From Candidatus Scalindua sp. (lineage in GTDB: Bacteria > Planctomycetota > Brocadiia > Brocadiales > Scalinduaceae), in contig JALDRA010000001.1 in NCBI GenBank assembly GCA_031316235.1, positions 2,430,001-2,462,000 of the forward strand: 32,000 bases of DNA, in the 5' to 3' direction. The translations under genes were made by a program, and so were the position numbers. A model generated the notes under the pieces. It saw only the letters and a program-made list of their open reading frames with translations. It was not told where the DNA came from and made no database searches. Shown in pieces: positions 1 to 7,781 of the stretch (position 1 is the first letter of the stretch; every line of letters starts with the position of its first letter).

Positions 1-1
1 G

Positions 2-2068
2 GACGCAACTGCCCAGATGGCACTTTTACAATTTATGATGGCAGGCAAGGAGAAGACGGCGGTGCCTGCCACGGTGCATTGCGACCATTTAATACTGGCA
101 AAGGAAAGTGCCGGGCCGGATCTTGAAAAGTCAAAAGTGACGAACAGGGAAGTATTTGATTTCCTCGCCTCTGTTTCAAACAAATACGGTATCGGTTTCT
201 GGAAACCCGGAGCAGGCATAATCCATCAGGTGCTGTTCGAAAACTATGCGTTTCCCGGGGGGATGATGATAGGTACTGATTCTCATACGCCAAATGCAGG
301 CGGTCTGGGTATGATTGCCATCGGGGTAGGGGGAGCTGATGTGGTGGACGTAATGGCAGGCATGCCGTGGGAACTGAAAATGCCGAAAATGATCGGCATA
401 CGGCTGACGGGCAAAATGAGTGGGTGGACATCTGCCAAGGACGTAATCCTGGCGATTGCCGGTATTCTCACGGTAAAGGGCGGAACCGGATGCATAGTGG
501 AATACTTTGGTGACGGCGCACACGAAATTTCCTGTACGGGGAAAGGTACAATATGCAATATGGGAGCGGAGGTCGGCGCAACTTCCTCGATATTTGAATA
601 TGACAAGAAAATGAAAGCGTATCTGGAAGCAACCGGAAGGTCAGATATCGCTGAATTGGCCGATGAAATGGCCGTACACTTACGCTCTGACGATGAGGTG
701 CATGAAAATCCCGAAGAATTTTACGATCAGTTAATCGACCTTAATCTCTCAGAACTGGAACCCCATATTAACGGTCCGTTTACCCCGGATTTATCATGGC
801 CTGTTTCTCAATTCAGCAAAGCAGTAAAAGAGCAGGATTGGCCTGATAATCTTGAAGTAGGGCTGATCGGTTCCTGTACAAATTCATCATATGAAGACAT
901 CAGCAGAGCAGCTTCCATTGCCAAACAGGCACTCGTAAAGAATTTGAAGGCAAAAGCGGATTTTATCATTACACCGGGATCGGAACAGGTCCGGTTTACA
1001 ACGCAAAGAGATGGTTTCCTCGATACGTTTGAAAAAATGGGGGGGGTAATCCTGGCAAATGCATGTGGCCCCTGCATAGGTCAGTGGCAGAGACACAACG
1101 AAGATCGAAAACATCGAAACTCTATTATAACCTCATTTAATCGGAATTTTAAAAAACGGAATGATGGCAATCCCAATACCTACGCATTCGTAGCCTCTCC
1201 GGAAATTGTAACTGCCATGGCACTTGGAGGGCGTTTAAGCTTTAATCCACTTGTAGATACCCTGATAAACGAAGAGGGGGAAGAGGTCAAGCTTGATGAA
1301 CCGAATGGAGCTGAATTACCAGGCAATGGCTTTGAAGTGGAAGAATCGGTATACATACCACCCGCAGAAGATGGAAGCAAGGTTGAAGTAACCATTGATC
1401 CGAATTCTAAAAGGCTTGAGCTGCTTTCACCCTTTCACGCATGGGAAGGTGAAGATCTGTACGGGTTGAAATTGTTTATCAAGGTAAAAGGGAAATGTAC
1501 TACTGACCACATCTCCATGGCCGGATACTGGCTGATGTACCGGGGACATCTGGACAGCATATGCCAAAACTTGATGCTGGGTGCGGTGAACTACTTTAAC
1601 GATACTGCCAACCTGGTGAAAAATGCATTGACCGGTTCATATGACGAGGCCTCCAAGGTGGCTCGTTATTACAAAAACGCCGGCGTTGGTTCCGTGATTT
1701 TTGGGGACGAAAATTACGGAGAAGGGAGTTCCAGGGAGCATGCCGCCATGGAACCGCGCCACATGGGTATTCGTGCCGTTATCGTCAGGTCGTTTGCGAG
1801 AATCCACGAAACAAACCTCAAAAAACAGGGAATTCTGGCTCTTACCTTTATCGACCCTGAAGATTATGAAAAGGTACAAGAAGACGACACTGTCGATATC
1901 CTTGGATTAAAAAGTTTCGCGCCTGATACCAGATTGACCATTCGGCTCAATCACGCAGACGGCAGCACCGATGAGTTCCAGGTGCATCACACCTATAACC
2001 AGTCACAAATCGAGTGGTTTAAGGCCGGCAGTGCCCTTAATCTCATCCGTAAACAGGCCAATAAGTAG
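2..2068 (+). CDS. aconitate hydratase, mitochondrial-type (5' end cut by window edge)
   Basis: The frame is open from base 2 ([11 protein letters not shown]...). Fe-S ligand motifs GSCTNSS and CGPCIGQW are present, as is the C-terminal motif [14 protein letters not shown]. Stop TAG is at 2066-2068. Confidence 0.93.
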   Translation, partial: DATAQMALLQFMMAGKEKTAVPATVHCDHLILAKESAGPDLEKSKVTNREVFDFLASVSNKYGIGFWKPGAGIIHQVLFENYAFPGGMMIGTDSHTPNAGGLGMIAIGVGGADVVDVMAGMPWELKMPKMIGIRLTGKMSGWTSAKDVILAIAGILTVKGGTGCIVEYFGDGAHEISCTGKGTICNMGAEVGATSSIFEYDKKMKAYLEATGRSDIAELADEMAVHLRSDDEVHENPEEFYDQLIDLNLSELEPHINGPFTPDLSWPVSQFSKAVKEQDWPDNLEVGLIGSCTNSSYEDISRAASIAKQALVKNLKAKADFIITPGSEQVRFTTQRDGFLDTFEKMGGVILANACGPCIGQWQRHNEDRKHRNSIITSFNRNFKKRNDGNPNTYAFVASPEIVTAMALGGRLSFNPLVDTLINEEGEEVKLDEPNGAELPGNGFEVEESVYIPPAEDGSKVEVTIDPNSKRLELLSPFHAWEGEDLYGLKLFIKVKGKCTTDHISMAGYWLMYRGHLDSICQNLMLGAVNYFNDTANLVKNALTGSYDEASKVARYYKNAGVGSVIFGDENYGEGSSREHAAMEPRHMGIRAVIVRSFARIHETNLKKQGILALTFIDPEDYEKVQEDDTVDILGLKSFAPDTRLTIRLNHADGSTDEFQVHHTYNQSQIEWFKAGSALNLIRKQANK

Positions 2069-2206
2069 TGTTGTTTGAACGAAAAGTACTCATCTACTGC
2101 GTTGCTGTAATAATTTCGCAATCCTCACGTACTTGAGTACGTTCCGGTTACGAAATTATAACGCGCCTTGTATATGGGCACTTTTGGTTCAACCACTGGG
2201 TTTCCT
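2065..2206 (+). repeat. ~140-bp long imperfect-palindrome (hairpin) element, copy 1, starting at the aconitase stop codon
   Basis: It aligns by eye over ~140 bp with the reverse complement of 11223-11365, including an identical 32-mer aatcctcacgtacttgagtacgttccggttac. It is itself a long hairpin centred on acgtac-ttga-gtacgt (2127-2142). Confidence 0.8.
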
Positions 2207-2414
2207 TTTAAGCACTAAGTAAAATCTATGCAAACTTTTCCGGATGTTTAACAACACCTATCCTCTTTATGCTGATCCAAGCACTGACTTTCAATTAGCA
2301 ACATGTTATGATTTGTAGATAATAACTCGAACACGCAAAAAGCATAACCTGAAACTTCTGACAGTTTTTGCTTTTGGTTATTGCATGTTCGCTTTTCATG
2401 ACAAAAAATGTTAT

Positions 2415-2440
2415 ATGAAGTAGTGGTCAATAGTGTTTCA
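2415..2440. repeat. 26-bp lox/dif-like site, copy 1 (left arm degenerate)
   Basis: Sequence atgaagtagtggtcaatagtgtttca. The right 19 nt are identical to copy 2 (4077-4102). It lies exactly where ParE-like homology ends. Confidence 0.6.
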
Positions 2441-2790
2441 GAAATATTATCTTTCTCGATTCTATAATAAATTGCATATGGAAATCGCTTGAGTAGACAT
2501 CTCCTAAAGTCTTTGTATACTGTTTGATATATTAATGGGGTTCGTTGTATTGTGCAGGAAAGAGCATAAAAAACACGAAGAAATTCTTCACCAAGTCCGA
2601 TAGCTGTTTCCTCATACCAACTATAACCTTATATAATATACTCATTTCATAATGGTTTTCGGATAAAATCCGAGAAAAAACGGAGCGAGTATAACTGCAA
2701 CCAAGATTTGGTTTTCAGAAAAACCGAAAACCAAATCGGTTTTAGTATATCTTCTTCTGATTCAGGAAGAAACGATAAAGAATAAATCAT
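2441..2790 (-). pseudogene. ParE/RelE-family toxin remnant, split by a MITE-like element and 3'-truncated
   Basis: On the minus strand, ATG at 2790 gives MIYSLSFLPESEE. The 115-bp element 2636-2750 follows, then GYSWYEETAIGLGEEFLRVFYALSCTIQRTPLIYQTVYKDFRRCLLKRFPYAIYYRIEKDNI. An in-frame TAA sits at the junction. The ATG overlaps the TGA of the upstream antitoxin remnant (ATGA). Confidence 0.7.
2636..2750 (+). mobile_element. MITE-like element, copy A (short class, 115 bp)
   Basis: Ends are atatactca...ttagtatat (inverted). Internal hairpins are tcggat-aaa-atccga and ggttttc...gaaaacc. It aligns along its full length with copies at 15522-15639, 28951-29094, 29641-29755 and 30838-30980. Confidence 0.8.
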
Positions 2791-2996
2791 TTCCTTTTTT
2801 GGATACGTGCTTGTAATTCCTTAAGAGACAATAGTTCACCAGGAGAATAATTTTTTTTCAATCGATATTCTAGCTCTTTCTTATGACTTTCCGGCATAGG
2901 AATATCAGATTCAATAGATGAGATACTATCCCAGAGATCTTCTAAAAAAAGTATCTTTTCTGGGACCTTAGCACTTACCTTCGCCGACCCGAAAAA
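2787..2996 (-). pseudogene. addiction-module antitoxin remnant (no start codon)
   Basis: The open frame FFGSAKVSAKVPEKILFLEDLWDSISSIESDIPMPESHKKELEYRLKKNYSPGELLSLKELQARIQKRK* has a LEDLWDSI core. From memory this resembles the 'putative addiction module component' antitoxin family. Its only Met is internal. Its TGA overlaps the ParE-like ATG. Confidence 0.5.
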
Positions 2997-3232
2997 TTAT
3001 AAAAAGGAATAACTTTCATATGTGTTCTTGTTCGGCCAGGTTTTTAAATGTTTTTCTTTAGCACATTGAAGCTGTGGTAAAACAGTCTATAAGGTGACGC
3101 CTTCCCGGATCAATCGGTTCGAACTGGCAGTCAAAAAAGCAAGAAATTGTCGGCTTGGACACTAAGTTTTTTCTAAGACAAGCTTAGATAAAAAGCCTCT
3201 TTCAGCGGGTTGTCATTCATCAATAATAATTC

Positions 3233-3258
3233 GAAACTGAATGGACAATTGTGTTTCC
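3233..3258. repeat. 26-bp lox/dif-like site, copy 1b
   Basis: Sequence gaaactgaatggacaattgtgtttcc matches copy 4 at 21 of 26 positions. It lies ~40 nt downstream of the vapC stop. Confidence 0.6.
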
Positions 3259-3299
3259 TTCATTTTGCAGGTATACCCTACTTGTCAGGAAAGCGATGG

Positions 3300-3725
3300 T
3301 TATTTATTGGATTCCCAAGGATTGATAATCTTAATACCGCAACCTTCAAAATCCTTGGTATTTCTTGTAGCTATAGATGCTCTCTGTGATTTGACAATAG
3401 CTGCAATCATTAAGTCCACCACATCGGTATTAAATCCATCTTTCTCAAGTTTTGCAGCCATAACACCATAAATATAGGCGGCTTCCTCATCGAAAGAGAA
3501 AATACGACCACCGAAAGCATCTGTGATAAAGGCAGAAAAATTAATTTCCAGTGTGTTGCGCCGCTTACCTTTTGGTAAACGTGCCAAGCCCCTTTGAATC
3601 TCTGCAATAGCTATTGTTGTTAATGCCAAGTTGGTTGGTTTTTGCGCAGCTATCCACTCTTTTACATTTTCATGTGGTTCTTCGCGCATGAGTTCCGAAA
3701 TGATGTTAGTATCAAGAATAATCAT
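3300..3725 (-). CDS. vapC: PIN-domain toxin, VapC/FitB-like
   Basis: MIILDTNIISE... with PIN acidic residues (LDTN, SE, DLMIAA, TRNTKDF). The ATG at 3725 overlaps the vapB TGA (TGATG). The track start at 3728 is a TTG one codon upstream. Confidence 0.88.
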   Translation of the reverse strand: MIILDTNIISELMREEPHENVKEWIAAQKPTNLALTTIAIAEIQRGLARLPKGKRRNTLEINFSAFITDAFGGRIFSFDEEAAYIYGVMAAKLEKDGFNTDVVDLMIAAIVKSQRASIATRNTKDFEGCGIKIINPWESNK

Positions 3726-3970
3726 CAATTAAATTCAATATGTTGACGCTTAGAGCTTCGCTCTGGTAATTCAATATCAACACCATGTTTGGAACCAAAA
3801 TATTTTTCAGCCATATCCAGAATGTTAACAGGTTTCAAGCCGTTTGCGCAGGATGCTTTCCTTAGAATTTGACGGACATAGGACTCAAGAGAAACCCCAG
3901 ATTGAGCCGCATGGATACGAAGAGCCTCTTTTGTTTTGTCCGACAAATTACGTATTGTAATACTAGCCAT
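3725..3970 (-). CDS. vapB: ribbon-helix-helix antitoxin, VapB/FitA-like
   Basis: MASITIRNLSDKTKEALRIHAAQSGVSLESYVRQILRKA is a typical RHH N-terminus. The gene is translationally coupled to vapC. Confidence 0.82.
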   Translation of the reverse strand: MASITIRNLSDKTKEALRIHAAQSGVSLESYVRQILRKASCANGLKPVNILDMAEKYFGSKHGVDIELPERSSKRQHIEFN

Positions 3971-4076
3971 TAATATCTCCTTATGAAGTCATTGTAATCA
4001 TTGCAATCATTGATGTCAATATATTATTTCGTATGATAATAGGTCGTAAAGCCTGTTATGTAACATCGGAGAATTG

Positions 4077-4102
4077 TAAACAGAATGGTCAATAGTGTTT
4101 CA
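4077..4102. repeat. 26-bp lox/dif-like site, copy 2
   Basis: Sequence taaacagaatggtcaatagtgtttca matches copy 4 at 24 of 26 positions. It lies 108 nt upstream of the vapB start on the minus strand. Confidence 0.7.
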
Positions 4103-4595
4103 GATCATCGCCAGTTCAGAGCCCACCCATGTCCTTGGTATTGATGATCCACAAAATGCTGTCACCTTCCCCATAGAAAGACGACAACCTCCTACTTTCA
4201 TTCCTCTTAAACCCTTCTTTCTTCGTCTGTGTAAAAAATACATTAAGACATGTCATATACCAATACACACGAAAACCGCATAAAGGAGTTTTAAGAGGAT
4301 GGAGAGAAATAACAGATTTTACACACCTGATTAAACACCATGTTCATCAGCCAAAAATTTGTAAGATTGTTCATGACACACCAGCAAAGAAAACGGGGGT
4401 TTGTTTAACAATGTACCGCTTACGCTTTTTCACTAATATTTGAGGAGCTTAAAGAGGTAAGGTAGCCGGTAAAATAATCTACGTAATAGTCCAATAAAGA
4501 TTTTTGAGTTTTTTTACGATTTACCTCCAAATGGAAAACAGCATTATAAAAGCCTTAAAAACCAAGACCTCATAAGGGCAAAAAAAATAATTGGC

Positions 4596-5720
4596 CTAAC
4601 TTATAACCCTGCTCTCTTTAAACCCCCAATCATCAAAGAAAGCACCATCGTCTTTAAGACGATCCATAGACCTATAAGAAAAAAGGCTTGCACATGAAGC
4701 ATAACGATATATTAAGTCTTGTTTTTCTTTTTGATGAAGCCCTTCCCACCAACTTGGAGTCATAAAAACATTGTCGCAAAATTCAAAGAAAAACCTAATC
4801 AAAGAATTGGTTATGGAACAATGGGGGATATTCGATAAGCTCTCAATAAATTTACTACACATTCCCATACTGTCATTGTCTTCTACCCAACTAAAAATAA
4901 CAACACCACCACCACTATCTGTTGAGATCGAGGAGAAAGTAATTAATTCATTGGTCTTGTCTAGATTAAAAATATTTTGTAAAGCATTTCCATGAAAGTC
5001 GCATTCAGGGAATATACCAGCACTACATAAAACAGATGGCGTCTTTTGGAAATAAATTATGTAAGCTTTTATTTGGCTATAATCTTTTGCCATTAATATC
5101 TTGTCGAACTTTTCCTTGTAATATTTTGCATCACGTATTCCAGCTATCACAGCCTCACTATAGTTAAGATGCCTAGCCTGTATATCGAACTGATCTTCAA
5201 CACTTCTCCCCTTATCAGACTCTCTTAAAAAATCTAATGTATCAGCTTGACAAAACTTAAGAAACCCTTCTCTGGCTTGTGCTCTATATGCAAGAAGAAA
5301 ACATTGCTCTTTGTCACCAATAAAAGGTTTGTCCTCTAAAGGTTTAAATAATTCATTATCGTGATATTCACAAAATCCGTTAAAAACTGATGCCTTATTT
5401 ATGCCAAGCAACTCAGGGGGAAGAAGTCCATCATGTTGAGATCGGTTTTTAAAACTTTCTACTTTAAACGCATATATATGGCCATTTTGAGCAATTCTTT
5501 TTAAACTACTAATTGATACCGTGTGAGCCTTTACAATGCCTCCTTTGCATTGGCCTTTGTGACAATCAGCTGCATAACAATATTTTTTGCTAAACGATTT
5601 CTTGATAGATTTGATAAATTCCCACGGTTTATTAGGCTCATCCTTGTCACGATCTAAATGACATTTTTTATATTTCCTTTGTGATCCGCACCAACAAGGA
5701 CTATTTCTGCCGAGCTTCAT
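4596..5720 (-). CDS. SEC-C-motif protein of unknown function
   Basis: The N-terminal NSPCWCGSQRKYKKCH is a SEC-C zinc-binding motif. The rest is unrecognised but has Cys/His clusters (CHKGQCKGGIVKAHTV ... NGFCEYHDNELF). Confidence 0.6.
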   Translation of the reverse strand: MKLGRNSPCWCGSQRKYKKCHLDRDKDEPNKPWEFIKSIKKSFSKKYCYAADCHKGQCKGGIVKAHTVSISSLKRIAQNGHIYAFKVESFKNRSQHDGLLPPELLGINKASVFNGFCEYHDNELFKPLEDKPFIGDKEQCFLLAYRAQAREGFLKFCQADTLDFLRESDKGRSVEDQFDIQARHLNYSEAVIAGIRDAKYYKEKFDKILMAKDYSQIKAYIIYFQKTPSVLCSAGIFPECDFHGNALQNIFNLDKTNELITFSSISTDSGGGVVIFSWVEDNDSMGMCSKFIESLSNIPHCSITNSLIRFFFEFCDNVFMTPSWWEGLHQKEKQDLIYRYASCASLFSYRSMDRLKDDGAFFDDWGFKESRVIS

Positions 5721-5770
5721 TTATTTTTTGATAAACATCTAATAGCTTAATAGAAATATGAATTTACTGA

Positions 5771-6355
5771 CTATGACCACATCCGGGAAGCAATGCCGCG
5801 CTGTTCTTCTCCTAATGCGTTGGCATATATTGCAGTCATTTCAAGGCTTGAATGCCACAACCATTTTGAAAGCATGTTAAGAGGTACGCCTTTAGAGATT
5901 GCGTGTACTCCAAAGCCATGCCTTAGACCCTTCGGGCTTTTATGTGGGCCGTCAGGTATTCCGGCTTCATCCATAACGGATTTAATATAACGAAATCCAG
6001 TCATAAGCGACCAGGGCCATAAAGGTTTATTAAGGATAGTCCTTTTTTTAGTTTTTAAAGCCTCTGTAAGGCCATGAACCATATCAATGGTATCAAGTGC
6101 CTCTTCGGGAATTGGAACGACCCGGTGAATGACCTTACCCCGTTTTTTGAGTGATTTAAATATAAGCGCTTTTTCTGAGAGGTCTACAAGCTTGGGTGTT
6201 AATGAAAGGGCTTCGCTGATTCTGCATCCAGTATAATGAAGGGCAAAGCAGAATGTACGGATTTCTCTCGGGGCCTTTTTGGCCGCTTCGAGAAAGTCTT
6301 CTCTTTCTTTTGAGGTAAGATAAAGCCTCTGTCCTTTTGAATCGATTAACTTCAT
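5771..6355 (-). CDS. small (about 194 aa) tyrosine recombinase, catalytic domain only, FimB/FimE-sized
   Basis: Catalytic signature: Arg in TGCRISEAL, then KGLRHGFG (xLRH box), then WHSSLEMTAIY (His/Trp plus the Tyr nucleophile). The likely start is ATG at 6355 (MKLIDSKGQRLYLTSKERE...). The track ORF extends 22 codons further upstream. Confidence 0.85.
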   Translation of the reverse strand: MKLIDSKGQRLYLTSKEREDFLEAAKKAPREIRTFCFALHYTGCRISEALSLTPKLVDLSEKALIFKSLKKRGKVIHRVVPIPEEALDTIDMVHGLTEALKTKKRTILNKPLWPWSLMTGFRYIKSVMDEAGIPDGPHKSPKGLRHGFGVHAISKGVPLNMLSKWLWHSSLEMTAIYANALGEEQRGIASRMWS

Positions 6356-6366
6356 AATTGTTCGTT

Positions 6367-6396
6367 TTGTTACAATACTTATAGGAAGTGTAACAA
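6367..6396. promoter_or_regulatory. inverted repeat TTGTTACA-N14-TGTAACAA just upstream of the recombinase start
   Basis: Perfect 8-bp arms at 6367-6374 and 6389-6396, 12 nt from the ATG at 6355. Confidence 0.4.
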
Positions 6397-6451
6397 TAAC
6401 AACTAAAGAAATGCAATTCAAGGACTAAACTAATACGAAAAGAGGCAAATT

Positions 6452-6480
6452 ATGTTACAGAATACCCTATTTTGTAACAT
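6452..6480. promoter_or_regulatory. inverted repeat ATGTTACA-N13-TGTAACAT
   Basis: Perfect 8-bp arms at 6452-6459 and 6473-6480. The same TGTAACAT half-site recurs 11 nt left of site copy 2 (4059-4066). Confidence 0.4.
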
Positions 6481-6490
6481 TGGGGAATCT

Positions 6491-6516
6491 GAGACAGATT
6501 AGTGTATTCTGTTTCA
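6491..6516. repeat. 26-bp lox/dif-like site, copy 3 (most symmetric variant)
   Basis: Sequence gagacagatt-agtgt-attctgtttc(a). The 10-nt arms are complementary at 8 of 10 positions around a 5-nt centre. Confidence 0.65.
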
Positions 6517-6554
6517 AACCGGTCTGTACGAGTTGCAAATTATTGGTAAAAAAT

Positions 6555-6617
6555 ATTTAACGCCTCGCATCAGAGGCCTGGCCGTAGGCCAGATCCGTCT
6601 GCATGCGCTTGTTAGCT
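6555..6617 (-). other. attC-like folded recombination site (A)
   Basis: Minus strand: AGCTAAC-aag-cgcat(g)cag-[ctggcc tac ggccag]-ctgatgcg-aggc-GTTAAAT. It has an RYYYAAC-like box overlapping the TAG stop of 6616..7665 and a perfect GTTRRRY core. It also has an unpaired spacer, a stem with one bulged G, and a terminal hairpin. Confidence 0.55.
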
Positions 6618-7665
6618 AGCCATCTTTTTGATCATTATTATCGTTTCGATGAAGTGGGTATGGGTACGGAATTAGCTGCCCAAACATTCCCATAACCATT
6701 AACCATAGCTTGCTAGTGCGTGATTGAATTCTTGATAACTCCTGAGGGTTTTCAGCTTTTACTTCACCGTGATTTATCGAGTTTCTGATGTCGTATAGCC
6801 GATTAACAGTGTCTTCACGATTGAAGCACTCATCAATGAAGTGATCAGCAGATTCTCCGAAACAAACTCCAATTGCATGGATTGCTTTTGTCTTTAAACC
6901 AGGATTAACCACAGTGGTATAGGCTTCTTGGATAAACGCCGGAGATACTTTTCCTCCATGTGATACAAATATTGCTTCAATCTTATCCTGCTTTTCGACC
7001 TTTGTTTGTTTTTCGTATGGTACAGCTAGGCATATCGCATCGACTAAACACTCAAAAGCGTTCCAGTATGCGGCATAAATTTTCAGTAAGTCAGGACTAG
7101 ACAAATCCATCATTGGTTGTTTTGGATCCCTTATCCAAAACAGGGCAGCTTCAACTTTTCCTGAAATTTTTGGGTGAATCGATACGGCACCTTCAACAGC
7201 GCGACCTAGGTCGTCATGGTTCAATTTGGTTTTTACGCCACCACCTCCACCATCATGGGTAATATGCGACCACCAACCACAATGGCAATTAGTCCGTGTC
7301 ACAAGTGTAAATGCACCCAAAAATAAATTAATTCTTCTCGATGCATCTAATATCGATGCAATCGATTTGTCGTTAATTGTCGCTTTTGCTTTATGAACAG
7401 TTCTTTCATTTTTAATGACTGTATTTTTCAAGTTCTCAGGAAAAACTGTTATTCCTAAGCTTTCAATTTCGAATAATTTGTCTAATGGCTCAAAGTCACC
7501 AAAGATTAAAAATACAAAATCGTCACCCCAGTCTTTGGGCCAGTGTTCAATACGTTGCTCAAGGTGAGCAAGGCCAGAGGCATGAACCCATTCCAGACCT
7601 TCGGATTGCAGTTCCTTTACCCGATCAAAATATTTATGAATCTCTGGGGGTGTTTTAGTGGCCAT
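6616..7665 (-). CDS. hypothetical protein with C-terminal HEPN-like Rx4H motif
   Basis: 349-aa ORF. The C-terminal LYDIRNSINHGEV contains R-N-x-x-x-H, the HEPN RNase signature form. The rest is unrecognised. The start lies 26 nt after attC-like site B. Confidence 0.55.
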   Translation of the reverse strand: MATKTPPEIHKYFDRVKELQSEGLEWVHASGLAHLEQRIEHWPKDWGDDFVFLIFGDFEPLDKLFEIESLGITVFPENLKNTVIKNERTVHKAKATINDKSIASILDASRRINLFLGAFTLVTRTNCHCGWWSHITHDGGGGGVKTKLNHDDLGRAVEGAVSIHPKISGKVEAALFWIRDPKQPMMDLSSPDLLKIYAAYWNAFECLVDAICLAVPYEKQTKVEKQDKIEAIFVSHGGKVSPAFIQEAYTTVVNPGLKTKAIHAIGVCFGESADHFIDECFNREDTVNRLYDIRNSINHGEVKAENPQELSRIQSRTSKLWLMVMGMFGQLIPYPYPLHRNDNNDQKDG

Positions 7666-7690
7666 TGACTGAATTTAAACGTTGAAAGAT

Positions 7691-7778
7691 GGCTAACGCC
7701 CGGGCTCAGGGGCGGTAAAAAAGCGTAGCGAGGAACGAGCGCAGCTTTTTTTACGTCCCTTGGAGCCCATTGTTATGT
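7691..7778 (-). other. attC-like folded recombination site (B)
   Basis: Minus strand: ACATAAC-aat-gggctc(c)aaggg-[acgtaaaaaaagc...gcttttttaccg]-cccctgagccc-gggc-GTTAGCC. It begins 4 nt after the TGA of 7782..8480 and has the same TAAC-AAK...RGGC-GTTA frame as site A. Confidence 0.55.
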
Positions 7779-7781
7779 GTT

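Noticed and set aside
33-1879. Multiple 70-130-aa minus-strand and off-frame ORFs inside the aconitase gene
   Set aside because: All overlap a well-supported 683-aa CDS. They have no motifs and are typical shadow ORFs. The same applies to the internal ORFs of the acetyl-CoA synthetase (12035-13929), activase (21918-25002) and helicase (25868-28023) genes.
3105-3130. tRNA-like GGTTCGAAC T-loop motif that could mark an integration target
   Set aside because: No complementary acceptor stem, D-arm or anticodon arm can be drawn around it. It is an isolated motif only.
4095-4283. 62-aa plus-strand ORF next to site copy 2
   Set aside because: It has no RBS and starts inside the 26-bp repeat. Its composition is unremarkable, and it runs opposite to every module gene in the array.
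4594-4600. Canonical integron inverse-core GCCTAAC (GTTAGGC on the minus strand) overlapping the SEC-C gene stop
   Set aside because: On the gene strand it reads as an R' core at a position where R'' would be expected. No partner box or hairpin lies within 150 nt, so it is probably a chance 7-mer.
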